Shown here in pieces: positions 1 to 23,828 of a stretch of DNA of 64,000 nt (positions are counted from its first letter, which is position 1; every line of letters begins with the position of its first letter). The notes beneath the pieces were generated by a model. That model was not told where the DNA came from. It worked only from the letters and a program-made list of their open reading frames with translations, and made no database searches. Made by a program: the position numbers and the translations under genes. This stretch comes from the human T2T-CHM13v2.0 reference genome, Homo sapiens. The stretch lies in NCBI RefSeq assembly GCF_009914755.1, contig NC_060925.1. The stretch is one strand, 5' to 3'.

Positions 1-628
1 GCTCACACATGTAATCCCAGCACTTTGAGAATCCAAAGCAGGAGGATCACTTGAACCCAGGAGTTCGAGACCAGCCCGAGCAACATACGGAGACCCCATC
101 GCTACAAAAAAAAAAAAAAAATTAGCTGGTTATGGTGGCATGTGCCAGTAGTTCCAGTTATTCAGGAGGCTGAGGCAGGAGGATCCCTTCAGTCCAAGAG
201 TTGGAGGTGTCAGTGACCTATGATTGTACCACTGCACTCCAGCCTGGGCAACAGAGCGAGACCCTGTGTCAAAAAAAAAGGAAAAAGAAAAACAGAGAGT
301 AAACCCAAAAAAGAGAAAGATCTAAGATTCTTAAAAGAGGAAATATATTTTTCATGGAGATATAAACTAGAAAAAAGAAAAATAATAATAAAAAGATAAA
401 AAGAGGAAATACACAACAGAGTCAAAGAGAATCCTCACGATGGTGATAAAGGATAATCCTAGAATGACAGCTGTTCAGCATGCATCAAGATTGGACTAGG
501 AGAGTAGAGGGCTTTGGGAGCTATATGTTCAGGAAAATAAATGGAATAGATAAATTATCTGATATATTTAATCATGTAGAAAATAGTGACATAGAGAATT
601 GAGCAAATTGGCAGAGTGTGGTGGCTCA

Positions 629-919
<291 letters not shown>

Positions 920-1340
920 TTAGCAAATAAAAAAAATTAATATCTCCAGCAAGAAAAATGTATATGAGGAAATGTAATTATGGTATATCATTTAGCTTAG
1001 CAGTAAACAACATTCATAATAATTCAGTAAATTTTGATTTAGTGAAAAAATATATTTTAACTAGATTAGGGGAAAAATAGAGATCTAGAGTGATGAAAGA
1101 GGGCTAAATCCTCATCTTTCATAGCAGAAATTCAAAAGATAATGTCTAAAATTGATAGGTCAAAAAAAGTAAGTATACAAGCAAATTGTCTATTTAATGG
1201 AAGTAAACGCCAGAATGGCTAAAAATGTTTGGGGAGGGGGTTTGAGGTTAAAGATGAGCAAGGATAGGGAATCACATTTTTTAATCATAAGCCTTATGGT
1301 ATTATCTGACTTTTTAAACAATGTGAGTATATTACTTTGA

Positions 1341-1688
<348 letters not shown>

Positions 1689-2208
1689 TAAATGTTATAT
1701 CATTTTCATCTGAATTTGCTTAACTGAAGATTTTTACCATGTGTTTACATACTGACTGTAAATTACTTAACAAACATTTATATATCTATTAGTTGTTTTG
1801 CCCAGCATGGGAGATAATTAAATGAGCAAAAGTAAATCTTTACCCTTAAATAATTCACAGTACAGGTGGGAGAGAGTAAGTAATCAAATAATTATTAAAC
1901 AGATGACAAGCGCTGTAATAGAGAAATATGTAGGGCATTATAGGAGCAGAAAGGAAGACCTATCTGGCTTTACCTTGGGATAGGTGGATCTGAGCTACAT
2001 CTTAGAGGAGGACAAGCTTAGCTTAGCTCTCTAAGCTCTTAGAGAGAGCTTCCTAGGCAAATGGACTTGATGTGAAAAGGCTTGGAGGGGTCAGCAAGTT
2101 TCCTTTGCCAAGTTTGTGAAGGCCAAAAGGCAGGATTTATGTGGGATTTATCTCATCCTTTGTTCAGTTTTATTTGAGTTCAGCCAAGTTTTGTGGCCTT
2201 CTGTGCTA

Positions 2209-3159
2209 TGTAGGAAAAATGATCCCAAACTACGTTTTTCCTCTGCTCTCACACCACCACAATAATTATCAACATAGAAGATTTCTGTGACCAAAAAGGT
2301 GTGGGGGGTTTCCCCACACACCAAGCAGCAGACGCCAGCTGGGTATCCTGCGATACTGTCTACCCAGATACAGTGTCAGATCCCACAGATTGAGGGCTCA
2401 GTCCCACAAAACTGTCCTCTCCTTCCCCCTAGTTGTACGTCCAGATCTCTGAAACTTCTGACTGACCAGCTTCAAGTTGGGGTTCCCACAACCCCCACTT
2501 TGGGTTTGATTAATTTGCTAGAGTGGTTCACAGAACTCAGGGAAACACATTTACCGGTTTATTAGGAAGGATATTTTAAAGGATACAAATAAACAGCCAG
2601 ATGAAGACATACACAGAGTGAGGTCTGGAAGGGTCCTGAGCACGGGAGCTTTTGTCCCCATGGAGTTGGTGTTGATCACCCTCCCGGCACATGGATAAAT
2701 TCTTCTGCATCTTCCTGTCAGCCTCCATATGTTCAGCTCTCTGGAAGCTCCCTGAACCTTGTCCTGGAAGCTCCCTGAACCTTGTCCTTTGGGCCTTTTA
2801 TGGGGACTTCATTGGTTGTCCATGACCGAAGCATGTCAAAATGTGATTAGACAAAAAGGATGTGATCTAAACCCAGCAAGGCCTATCTGTTCAGATTCTT
2901 CTTGGCCTCTCTGTTCAGTATTCCTTCCTCCAGAGTATGGGACATGACTGTCTCTGAAGTGAGGGTCTTAAGACCCACAATCAGAAAAGTAGGGGAATAT
3001 TAGAGTCCTGTCTAGGGGCAGGTGAAAGGAGGGCAGGAGAAAGAAAGATTCTGTTTCCTGAAACACCCAACATTATATTATAGAAAAGACTATAACAAGG
3101 GCTATGGGAATTATGAGCCAGGACCATGGACAAAAACCAATATATATCATAATGCCACA
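2209..3159 (-). mobile_element. MER21-family solo LTR
   Basis: TG...CA termini; diagnostic TTCTGTGACCA..GTGGGGGGTTTCCCCACACACCAAGCA and GATTAATTTGCTAGAGTGGTTCACAGAACTCAGGGAAACAC; internal 23-bp tandem duplication at 2741-2786. Confidence 0.8.
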
Positions 3160-3454
3160 CGTGGACATTTTAAAATCTCAGAGCTGTGTCTGTTCTTAAA
3201 ATGCAGCTGGGGTCCTGGCTTTGAGGTGGAAATAACGCAAACAACTGTAGATGGTGCAGTGTCACAAATGTGAAGGCCAGGAAAACACTGAAGTATTCCA
3301 ATTATTTTGATATGTGTGTCCTCTAATGGCCAAGAGTAAAGATTTTCGCTTTTTAAAATCTTTGACCCAGCACTTTGGGAGGCCGAGGCGGGCAGATCAC
3401 CTGAGGTCAGGAGTTCGAGACCAGCCTGGCCAACAAGGCAAAACTCTGTCTCTA

Positions 3455-6950
<3,496 letters not shown>

Positions 6951-7445
6951 TGTTGGGGCCAGGAAACCAATACCACAAAATATGGCGTTTTGACATGCTG
7001 AACTGAAGAAGCCTCAAGGTCTTTCTGACCTTCCCCCAACATGCACATATACTGTCTCACCCAAAGTCCCTATCTGCCTAACATCCAGACTCTCCAAAAG
7101 GAACAATTATTTTTTCTTCCCTTCCCTATAAGACCAAGACTGTAACCACACCTGAAGCAACCCCTTCACAAGATAATGTACAAGTTAATCTCTGTTCCCT
7201 GATTCATTTATTCTCCCTAGTAATGCCCTCAACAGAATTCCTCTTCCCCCTCTCACAACCTGTTTTGCCAGAATAGCTTACAAGCTTCTGAATCACACTG
7301 TAGGATGGGCAATCACCCCATGATTCTCCCCATGTATGCACATTAAATAAATGTGTATGCCTTTTCTCCAATTAATCTACCTTTTGTGAGCTGATTCTTC
7401 AGTGAACCTTTGGAGGGCAGAGGGGAGGTTTCCCTTGACCCGTAA
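6951..7445 (+). mobile_element. MER34-like ERV1 LTR
   Basis: Starts TGTTGGGGCCAGGAAACCAATACCACAAAATATGGCGTTTTGACATGCTGAACTGAAGAAGCCTCAAGG; AATAAA near 7347; U5-like end AGTGAACCTTTGGAGGGCAGAGGGGAGG. Confidence 0.7.
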
Positions 7446-7926
7446 AGCCTCAGTGTATCTGATTTACTCTGTGAGAAGGACCACTGAGTTGTAGGCAGAG
7501 TTCCTGACCCTCCAAATTACAAAAACGAGCTTTTTAATCCAAGCCTCTCCAAGCAGAAAAAACAGCCATCATTGAATAATCTTTCAAAATAGAATGTCCT
7601 ATAGAAAATATACATTCGCTATAAAAATAAGCACTAGGCCATGCATTCCTTGGTTCCCACGGCCACCATCCTAGTTCAGGCCCCAATATTAGACCATTGC
7701 AACTGAGTCCTAACTACCTTTTCTCTGCCTCCAGTCTCTTCCATTAGTCCATTTCCCCTTGCCACCAGATTGCTGTTTCTAAAACACAGAGCTAATCATA
7801 TGACTCTCTTGATTAAGAAAAACAGAAAAACAACTTCAGTGGCTCTCACAGCCTACTGGATCAAGTACAAACTCCTTTGTCTAGTATTCAAGGTCCTCCA
7901 TTAACTGGCCCCAAACTACCTCCCAA

Positions 7927-7961
7927 CACACACACACATACACACACACACACACACACAC
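7927..7961. repeat. (CA)n microsatellite with one interruption
   Basis: Read directly. Confidence 0.95.
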
Positions 7962-8108
7962 GTTCTTTCTCTAAATTTCAGCTTCCCTGAATGTTATTCT
8001 TAGAACACAGTGAACTTTCATTTCATCAAATATTTGTATGTGTTTTTCTCTCTAAAATGCCCTTTGGCCTACCAGTCTTCTCTTTCTCTTTTTTTTTTTT
8101 TTTTTTGA

Positions 8109-8219
<111 letters not shown>

Positions 8220-8352
8220 TGAGAGTACAGGTACACACCACCATGCCTGGCTAATTTTTGTATTTTTTTTTAGCAGAGTCAGGGTTTCGCCATGTTGGCC
8301 AGTCTGGTGTTGAACTCTTGCCCTCAAGTGATCCGCCAGCCTCAGCCTCTCA

Positions 8353-8619
<267 letters not shown>

Positions 8620-9281
8620 TTACTGCAGTTTCAGAGTGAGAAAAAAGAAAAAGAAAAAGATCCAGTTTAAATGTTGCTCCTAATGGTTAAAATCATGATG
8701 TCTGTTCCACCTGGGTCCAATCCAGGATTACTTAATGGGTGACCTTGAGCAAGTTACCTAAACTCTCTTTCCTTTAGCTTCCTCATTTATATAATGTGGG
8801 AAATAATAGTAACTACTTCTTAGAGTTGTAGGTCATAAACCAAATAATACATGTAAAACATTTAGAACAATGCCGGGCATCTGATTAGAGCTCAATGAAT
8901 GTTAGCTCTGATTTAAAATAATGATAAATTAATAATGAATAAAGAAATAATACATAAATGTCCTATTTCCTGAGAAGATTTTCTTATTTATCCAAAGAAA
9001 TATAATCATTTCTATCACAATACATTCACAGTTTATACTGCTTATAACATTTATTTTCACATCTCTTCATACAATTTCTGGAAGATAGAATGTGTTAAAA
9101 AAATTATTTGTTTAAAATGAGGTCATATTTACTATTCAAGGTTGTTTTTTTTTTTCTTTCTTTAGAGATAAGGTCTCACTGTGTCAGCCAGGCTGGAATG
9201 CAGTGACATGATCATAGCTCACAGTAGCCTCAAGCTCCTAGGCTCCAGCAATCCTCCTACCCTAGCCTCCCGAGCTGCTAG

Positions 9282-9458
<177 letters not shown>

Positions 9459-9571
9459 TGAGAGGGAGTCTCGCTCTGTCATCCCCCAGGCTGGAGTGCA
9501 GAGGCACAATCTCAGCTCACTGCAACCTCTGACTCCCAGGTCGAAGCGATCCTTCTGCCTTAGCCTCCTGA

Positions 9572-9935
<364 letters not shown>

Positions 9936-10528
9936 TAGTAGAGATGGGATTTCACCATTTATTTATATTTATTTATATTATTATAATATTTATTTATATT
10001 AAATAAATAAAATAAAATATTTATTGCTTTTTTTTCTTTTTTTTTTTAAACAGGGTCTCATTCTTTTGCTCAGGCTGGAGTGCAGTGGCTTGATCTCGGC
10101 TCACTGCAACCTCTGCCTCCCAGTCTCAAGCAATCCTCCCACCTTAGCCTTCTAAGCAGCTGGGGCTACAGATGTGCACTACCACGCCCAGCTAGCTTTT
10201 GTATATTTTGTAGAGATGGGGTTTCGCCATCTTGCCCAGGCTGGTCTCAAACTCCTGGTCCACCTGCCTCAGCCTCCCAAAGTGCTGGGATTACAGGAAT
10301 GCGCCACCACGCCCAGCCTGCGTACCTAATTATATAAATTGTGTGTTCCTCTGGTAATCCAACAAATGTCTACATGCCATCAGAAGCAGCCCAACCTACT
10401 TCAACTAGTCTTCATCGGAACTGAAAATCAGAGCTATAAAGGCCTTTAGAGTTCACCTAACCTAGCCTAACACTGCTGAAGTTGGGGAAATAGTTCTAGA
10501 GAGGAGACACTGACCCAAAGTCATGGAG

Positions 10529-15180
<4,652 letters not shown>

Positions 15181-17185
15181 CTAGCTGGGATAGCCCACAG
15201 TCTAATAAGGTGAGTAGATATCTTGAAAGATAATGCTAGATGCTAATAGAGACGTGTACCAAATGCTGGCAGAACACAGGACTAGGAAATATCTATAGTG
15301 GGGAAAAGGGAGGATCAGGGTGGGCTTCCCAGAGAAATGACTATAGTGTTGAGTTTTAAAAGATGAAGAACACTGGGTGTGGTGGCTAATGCCTGTAATC
15401 CCAGCACTTTGGGAGGCTGAGGCAGCCAGATCACTTGGGCTCAGGAGTTTGAGACCAGCCTGGCTAACATGGCGAAACCCTGTCTCTACAAAAAATACAG
15501 AAGTTGCCCAGTGTTCTGTTACCTATTGTTCAAACACTAAGCAAATCATTCTGCTTCTCTGTACTTTTCTTTCCCTGAAAGCTCCAAGGACTGTCCCTTC
15601 CCATCTTGGAATACAGGGCCCCATTTGTCAAAAATAAGCTTGACAAACAATATTCTATCCATAATTTTGCCCTCATTTTTCTAATTTTTTTCATTGCACA
15701 AACTGTTTTGAAACAATAATATTAACGAGAAAGAGAATATTGTTGACAATCCTCTCCTATTGAACCATTTTGATTTTTCTGTATTACCTTGGTGACCATT
15801 GTCTCCAAGTTCCAAAATTCTAGTCTCTGTCAACATGTCATTTTTTCATCGTTTTAATGAGAGAACACATTTCATCGTATTTTCTGTATTTTAACTAAAT
15901 ATTGTATCCCAATAAAGTTTTATGTTTCATTCATGCATATAGCCAACAACTATACAGTTCCTACAATGTGCTAAACTTTTTTTTTTTTTTTGAGACAGGG
16001 TCTATAGAAGTTCATCATTAACAGAAAAAATAAAATAAAGGGACAGGGTCTCTCTCTGTTGCCCAGGCTGGAGTGCAGTGGCATGATCACGGCTCACTGT
16101 AGCCTCAATCTCTCAGGTTCAAACTCTAGGGCTCAAACAATCCACCTGTTTCAGCCTCCAGCATGGCTGGGACCACAAGCACGTGCCACCACGCTCCGCT
16201 AGTTTTTTTTATTATTATTATTTGTAGAGACAGGGTCTCCCTGTGTTGCCCAGGCTGGTCTCCAATTCCTGGACTCAAGCTATCCTTCTGGCTTGGCCTC
16301 CTAAAGTGCTGAGATTATAGGTGTGAGTCACTGTGCCCGGCCTTTTTTGTTTTTGTTTTTTGATAGGATCTCACTCTGTTGCCCAGGCTGGAGTGCAAGA
16401 TCACAGCTCACTGCAGCCTTGAACTCCTGGGTTCAGGCGATTCTCCTACTTCAGTCTCCTGAGTAGCTGGGATTACAGGTGTGAGCTGCTGTGCCCAGCT
16501 TAGACTATTTTAGATGCTGAGGATTGCTAGTAGTGAGTAAGAGAAGGCCCTTGCCCTGTAAGCTTAATTCCAGTGGAAGAGACATGCAATGAACCATTCA
16601 TAATAGTAAAATGTCACATGTTATCAAGAAAAACAAAGCAAGGTAAGAGAATAGAGAATAGAGACTGACATTGTGAAGTATGACCATTTCAGAAAATAAC
16701 CTCATGGAGTGAATATATGATTACTGTACTTAATCACTTCTCTATGATTGAATAGATTATTATTTTTGAGATTGTCTTCAGTGAACATCTATATATATAA
16801 TTATACATATTTTTCCTTGTTTTATTTTTATTTTAAAATTTTAAAATTTTATCCCATGTGGGAAGCCGAAGATGAAAAATAATTAAAATTTTCCCCCAGG
16901 GAAAGGACCACAGGCAGTTTTAGCTCCTGATTTTTACTGCAGAATACTGTAATCACCATAATTAATATTTTAGGTGTCTAAATGTTACCAAGAATTTAGA
17001 TATGTTCTATGTGTAGTTTTCCAGTGTATCATGACATTTCTGTCTACTATACCTTCACCCAAGCTCTTCTCTCTCCTTAAGTCATCCGTCTACAGTCAGT
17101 CCCACCCCACCCAGCTGCTCTTCCTCCTCCTTCTCATACAAAACTTGAGTGTCATCTCCTCCAAGAAGACTTTTCAACTCCTGTA

Positions 17186-18085
<900 letters not shown>

Positions 18086-18102
18086 TAGAATGGCAACTCT
18101 CA

Positions 18103-18369
<267 letters not shown>

Positions 18370-18499
18370 TCAGCTACTCAGGAGGCTGAGGCAGGAGGAT
18401 AGCTTGAGCTAGGAGGTCAAGGCTGCAGTGAGCTGTGATCATGCCACTATACTCCAGCCTGGGTGACAGAGCCAGCTCAAGCCCCTGCCTGTAAAACAG

Positions 18500-18695
18500 T
18501 TAAATAAAATCTATCAATATTTATCATATTAGAAATCAAAATGAGAAATATAAAGAATATTTATTTAATTTGTTTAAAAGTAATAAATTAAGCCCAATAA
18601 ATGTTAAGATAAATAACATGTTTATGAAAAATAGCTATATTTTCCAAAACAAAAAAAGTTCTACATTTCTGCAATATCACTTTAATATCTGGTTC
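18500..18695. mobile_element. Charlie1-like DNA transposon fragment
   Basis: ATAAATAACATGTTTATGAAAAATAGCTATATTTTCCAAAACAAAAAAA motif. Confidence 0.55.
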
Positions 18696-18882
18696 ATTTT
18701 CTTGGAGAAATATGCCAGCAAAAAATATGTAATAATAGGCCGGGTGTGGTAGCTCACACCTGTAATCCCAGCACTTTGGGAGGCTGAGGTGGGCAGATCA
18801 CTTGAGGTCAGGAGTTTGAGACCAGCCTGGCCAACATGATGAAACCCCATCTCTACTAAAAATACAAGGAATCCAAGGGAAG

Positions 18883-21800
18883 TTGATCTGATGTGGAAAG
18901 ATATAATGTTACTGCTAGATCAGACACTAACCCCAAATGAGAGAAGTGCCACCATAACTGCAGCCTGAGAGTTTGGCGACCTCCAGTATCTCAGTCAGGT
19001 CAATGATAGGATGACAATAGAGGAAAAAGCAACTAAGTCAAAAAGCGAAAAGGGAGCTTACTAACTCAAAAATCTTAAAGTATGGGGCTATTCTGTTAGA
19101 AAAAGGTGATTTAACACTAACCACTGAAAATTCCCTTAACCCAGCAGATTTCCTAACAGGGGATTTAAATCTTAATTACCATACAAAGGTCCGACCAGAC
19201 CTAAGAGTAACTCTCTTCCGGACAGGACGGACTGATGGCTCCTCCCAAGCGATTGAGGAGAAAAAAACACAATGGGTATTCAGTAATTGATAGGGAAACT
19301 CTCGTAGAAGCAGAGTTAGAAAATTTGCCTAATAATTGGTCTGCTCAAACGTGCGGAGCTGTTTGCACTCAGCCAAGCCTTAAAGTACTTATAGAATCAA
19401 AAATCTCTATCTCAATCCTGACTCAAAAGGTTACCTACAACGTCTCTGAAATGAATTTGCATAAGAACTGTTGTTTATGGGAATGCATCTTGATGGGGCA
19501 GCTGGGTTGTTATGAAATACTCAGGAACCCAGCCCAGCTCTAGGACTCACCCCTGAGCACAAAGGCAATGTTGGGCACGCTGGTAAAGGATCACTAGAAT
19601 CCAGCAGCCTGGACCTTTCTTTGTGGTCAAGAAAGGCGGGAAAACAGGTGCAAGACTTCTACATCGGTAAGCGTAACTAATCCGATAAGCAGAGGTCCAT
19701 GGGTTGTTATGCATCCTGGAAAGGAATAAGCATTAGGACCATAGAGGACGCTCTAGGACTAAAGCGCATCAGAAAATGACTAGGGGTGCTGGCATCCCTA
19801 TGTTCTTTTTTCAGATGGGAAACATTCCCCCCAAGGCAAAAACGCCCCTAAGATGTATTCTGGAGAGTTCAGCCCAGTCAGAGTGCGTGCACCTTTTTCT
19901 CTCTCAGACTTAAAGCAAATTAAAATAGACTTAGGTAAATTCTCAGATAACCTTGAGAATTAAGTTAGGACAATCCTTTGATCTGACATGGAGAGATATA
20001 ATGTCACTGCTAGATCAGACACTAACCTCAAATGGGAGAAGTGCCGCCATAACTGCAGCCTGAGAGTTTGGCGATCTCTGGTGTCTCAGTCAGGTCAATG
20101 ATAGGATGACAACGGAGGAAAAAGAACAATTCCCCACAGCCCAGCAGGCAGTTCCCAGTGTAGACACTCATTGAGACACAGAATCAGAACACAGAGATTG
20201 GTGCCGCAGACATTTGCTAACTTGTGTGCTAAAAGGACAGGAAAACTAGGAAGAAGCCTATAAATTATTCAATGATGTCCACTATAACACAGGGAAAGGA
20301 AGAAAATCCTACTGCCTTTCTGGAGAGACTAAGGGAGGCGTTGAGGAAACATAGCTCTCTGTCACCTGACTCTATTGAAGGCCAACTAATCTTAAAGGAT
20401 AAGTTTATCACTCAGTCAGCTGCAGATATTAGGAAAAAAAACTTCAAAAGTCTGCCTTAGGCCCGGAGCAAAACTTAGAAACCCTATTGAACTGGGCAAC
20501 CTCGGTTTTTTATAATAGAGATCAGGAGGAGCAGGTGGAACGGGACAAACGGGATTAAAAAAAGGCCACCGCTTTAGTCATGGCCCTCAGGCAAGCAGAC
20601 TTTGGAGGCTCTGGAAACGGGAAAAGCTGGGCAAATCGAATGCCTAATAGGGCTTGCTTCCAGTGTGGTCTACGAGGACACTTTAAAAAAGATTGTCCAA
20701 GTAGAAATAAGCCGCCCCCTCGTCCATGCCCCTTATGTCAAGGGAATCACTGGAAGGCCCACTGCCCCAGGGGACGAAGGTCCTCTGAGTCAGAAGCCAC
20801 TAACCAGATGATCCAGCAGCAGGACTGAGGGTGCCCAGGGCAAGTGCCAGCCCATGCCATCACCCTCACAGAGCCCTGGGTATGCTTGACCATTGAGGGC
20901 CAGGAGGTTAACTGTCTCCTGGACACTGGCGGCCTTCTCAGTCTTACTCTCCTGTCCCAGACAACTGTCCTCCAGATCTGTCACTATCCGAGGAGTCCTA
21001 GGACAGCCAGTCACTAGATACTTCTCACAGCCACTAAGTTGTGACTGGGGAATTTTACTCTTTTCATATGCCTTTCTAATTATGCCTGAAAGCCCCACTC
21101 CTTTGATAGGGAGAGATATCCTAGCAAAAGCAGGGGCTATCATACACTAGAATTAGGAGAAGGAAAAAGGGTAAATATATATACAGACTCTAAGTATGCT
21201 TACCTAGTCCTCCATGCCCACGCAGCAATATGGACAGAAAAGGAATTCCTAACTTCCGAGGGAGCACCTATCAAATATCCGGAAGCCATTAGGAGATTAT
21301 TATTGGCTGTACAGAAACCTAAAGAGGTGGCAGTCTTACACTGCTGGGGTCATCAGAAAGGAAAGGAAAGGAAAGGGAAATAGAAGGGAACCGCCAAATG
21401 GATATTGAAGCCAAAAGAGCCACAAGGCGGGACCCTCCATTAGAAATGCTTATAGAAGGACCCCTAGTGTGGGGTAACCCCCTCCAGGAAACCAAGCCCC
21501 AGTACTCAGCAGAAGAAATAGAATGGGGAACCTCACGAGGACATAGTTTTCTCCCCTCAGGATGGCTAGCCACCAAAGAAGGAAAAATACTTTTGCCTGC
21601 AGCTAACCAATGGAAATTACTTAAAATCCTTCACCAAACCTTTCACTCTGGCATTGGTAGCACCCATCAGATGGCCAAATTATTATTTACTGGACCAGGC
21701 CTTTTCAAAACTATCAAGCAGATAGTCAGGGCCTGTGAAGTGTGCCAAAGAAATAATCCCCTGCACTTCAGGCCATACATTTCAATCCCTGTATCTTTAA

Positions 21801-22430
21801 CCTCCTTGTTAGGTTTGTCTCTTCCAGAATCGAAGCTGTAAACTACAAATGGTTCTTCAAATGGAGCCCCAGATGCAGCCCATGACTAAGATCTACTGGG
21901 GTCCCCTGGACTGGCCTGCTAGCCCATGCTCCGATGTTGATGACATCGAAGGCAACCCTCCAGAGGAAATCTCAACTGCACAACCCCTACTTCACCCCAA
22001 TTCAGCAGTAAGCAGTTAGAGTGATCGTCGGCCAACCTCCGCAACAGCACTTGGGTTTTCCTGTTGAGAGGGGGAACTGAAAGACAGGACTAGCTGGATT
22101 TCCTAGGCCAACTAATAATTCCTAAGCCCAGCTGCGAAAGGTGACTGCACCTACCTTTAAACACGGGGCTAGTAACTCAGCTCACACCCAACTAATCAGG
22201 TAGTAAAGAGGGCTCACTAAAATAAAAATTAGGCTAAAGCAGGAGGTAAAGAAATAGTCAAATCATATATTGCCTGAGAGCACAGAGGGAGGGACAATGA
22301 TCCGGATATAAACCCAGGCATTCAAGCAGGGAGTGGCAACCCCCTTTGAGTCCCCTCCCATTATATGGGAGCTCTGTTTTCACTCTGTTAAATCTTGCAA
22401 CTACAAAAATAATAATAATAATAAATAAAT
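18883..22430 (+). mobile_element. HERV-W/HERV17 retrocopy (no 5' LTR, internally deleted gag-pro-pol-env, U3-R only 3' LTR, poly-A-derived tail)
   Basis: gag ATG 19815; NC knuckle CFQCGLRGHFKKDC; gag TGA 20826-20828; protease LLDTG remnant; RNase H YTDSKYAY; integrase H..H..CEVC; env cytoplasmic tail; PPT GAGAGGGGGAAC; LTR stops at end of R and is followed by an A-rich tail. Confidence 0.93.
22078..22405 (+). mobile_element. LTR17 (HERV-W) U3-R, lacking U5
   Basis: Starts TGAAAGACAGGACTAGCTGGATTTCCTAGG; TATAAA 22307-22312; poly-A signal degraded to GTTAAA 22387-22392; ends ATCTTGCAACTACA. Confidence 0.92.
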
Positions 22431-23160
22431 TATATTTTATAATTAAGTCACACTCTTTGGTCTAAGGACACTTCCCAAGGGCTCCTTTCCAAAACCAGGT
22501 TAGGAAGAAGATCACTGAATAGCTACTTCCTTACACGTGAATATACATTTATGCCAAAGGCATTCAAGATAAGCCTTCTCCCCTTCCCTTTATCTGTGAA
22601 TAGCTGTGTGACATCAGGCAAGTTACTTAATCTCTTTGAAGCCATATTTGTATTTCTGTAAAAGATGACTGTCACTATACCTTCCAGGTCTCTTTATTTG
22701 TCCAGTTCTGTCTAATAAATGGCAGTTATGATTATACACACTAACAACTGTGGCTGGGCACTTTGGGAGGCTGGGATTGCAGGTGTGAGTCACCATGCCT
22801 GGCTCTACACAAATTTTAAAAATTAGCCAGGTGTGGTGGTGCATGCCTGTGGTCCCAGCCACGTGGGAGGAAGATGCGGGAGGATAGCTTGAGCCCAGGA
22901 GTTCGATGTTGCGGTGAGCTATGATCTTTCCACTGCACTCCAGCCTGGGTGATGGAGGGAGACCCTGTCTCTAAAAATAAATAAATAAATAAATAAATAA
23001 GAAAAAAAGTGTTAAAATATTCATATATGATTAGCAGTAGGCATACATAATACAATACAATGATAGATGCCTTTTTTTTTATCATTGCCTATATTCCAAC
23101 TGAATGAGATCAGAGACAGCCTCATGAAGAAAGTGGTATTTCAGGATAATTTTTTTTTCA

Positions 23161-23264
23161 TGTCAGACCCATAATGTGCTGACGTTGCAACAAGGTTCCA
23201 GGGTGGCACATCTCACACATGCACGTGAATACCGAGTCATCATGCTTATGAATTACAAAAGAAT
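23161..23264 (-). pseudogene. U13 snoRNA (SNORD13-like) retropseudogene
   Basis: Reverse complement reads ATTCTTTTGTAATTCATAAGCATGATGACT...GTGTGAGATGTGCCACCCTGGAACCTTGTT...GGGTCTGACA with C box (TGATGA) and D box (CTGA), followed by a short poly-A. Confidence 0.9.
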
Positions 23265-23454
23265 CTGAGAATCTTCAAAGATGCTTGATTTCAACAGAAG
23301 GGAACAGCATGGCAAAAGTTAGAGGATAGAGGTGGAAAGGCATACTGAAAGTCAAGGCTATGGAAAGCACTGTGATGTGGCTGGAATGTAGGATGCCAGG
23401 TTGGAATTGGAGTCACTTGGTTAAGTGTAGACAGTCAACGAAACAATTAATCAA

Positions 23455-23828
23455 GTCCTGTAACATTTGCTGATTTCCAAGGTATAAATACTCTCACCAT
23501 GGGCAATTTCAAGCTACCAATCTGGCATCATTAAACACAGAATTAGGGAGAGATGTTCAGCGGCTTGTCATTATAAAGTATTTCTACCACAGAGATACAC
23601 TAGAAGGAAATAACCTCAATAACACAGATAATAGTGAAATACAGTAAAGTAGTTAGAAAGCCACTCGTTTTGGGTATTTATTATGTTTGTTTTTAATATA
23701 CCTTTTAACTGTAAGTTTATATAATTTAATTTTTAATAATGACTATGTTTAACAACAAGGTCACACAATTCCTGAAATTCTAACAATTGACTCATATGAG
23801 CTAGTATGAACCAACTCTAGCACATCTG
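23455..23828. mobile_element. MER63-like hAT element
   Basis: TTTGCTGATTTCCAAGGTATAAATACTCTCACCATGGGCAATTTCAAGCTACCAA core. Confidence 0.65.

Noticed and set aside
9957-10025. AT-rich quasi-palindrome between two Alus
   Set aside because: Low-complexity A/T tail decay; short palindromes are expected by chance
20272-21841. HERV-W gag/pro/pol ORF fragments as functional genes
   Set aside because: Multiple stops and frameshifts, RT deleted, no 5' LTR
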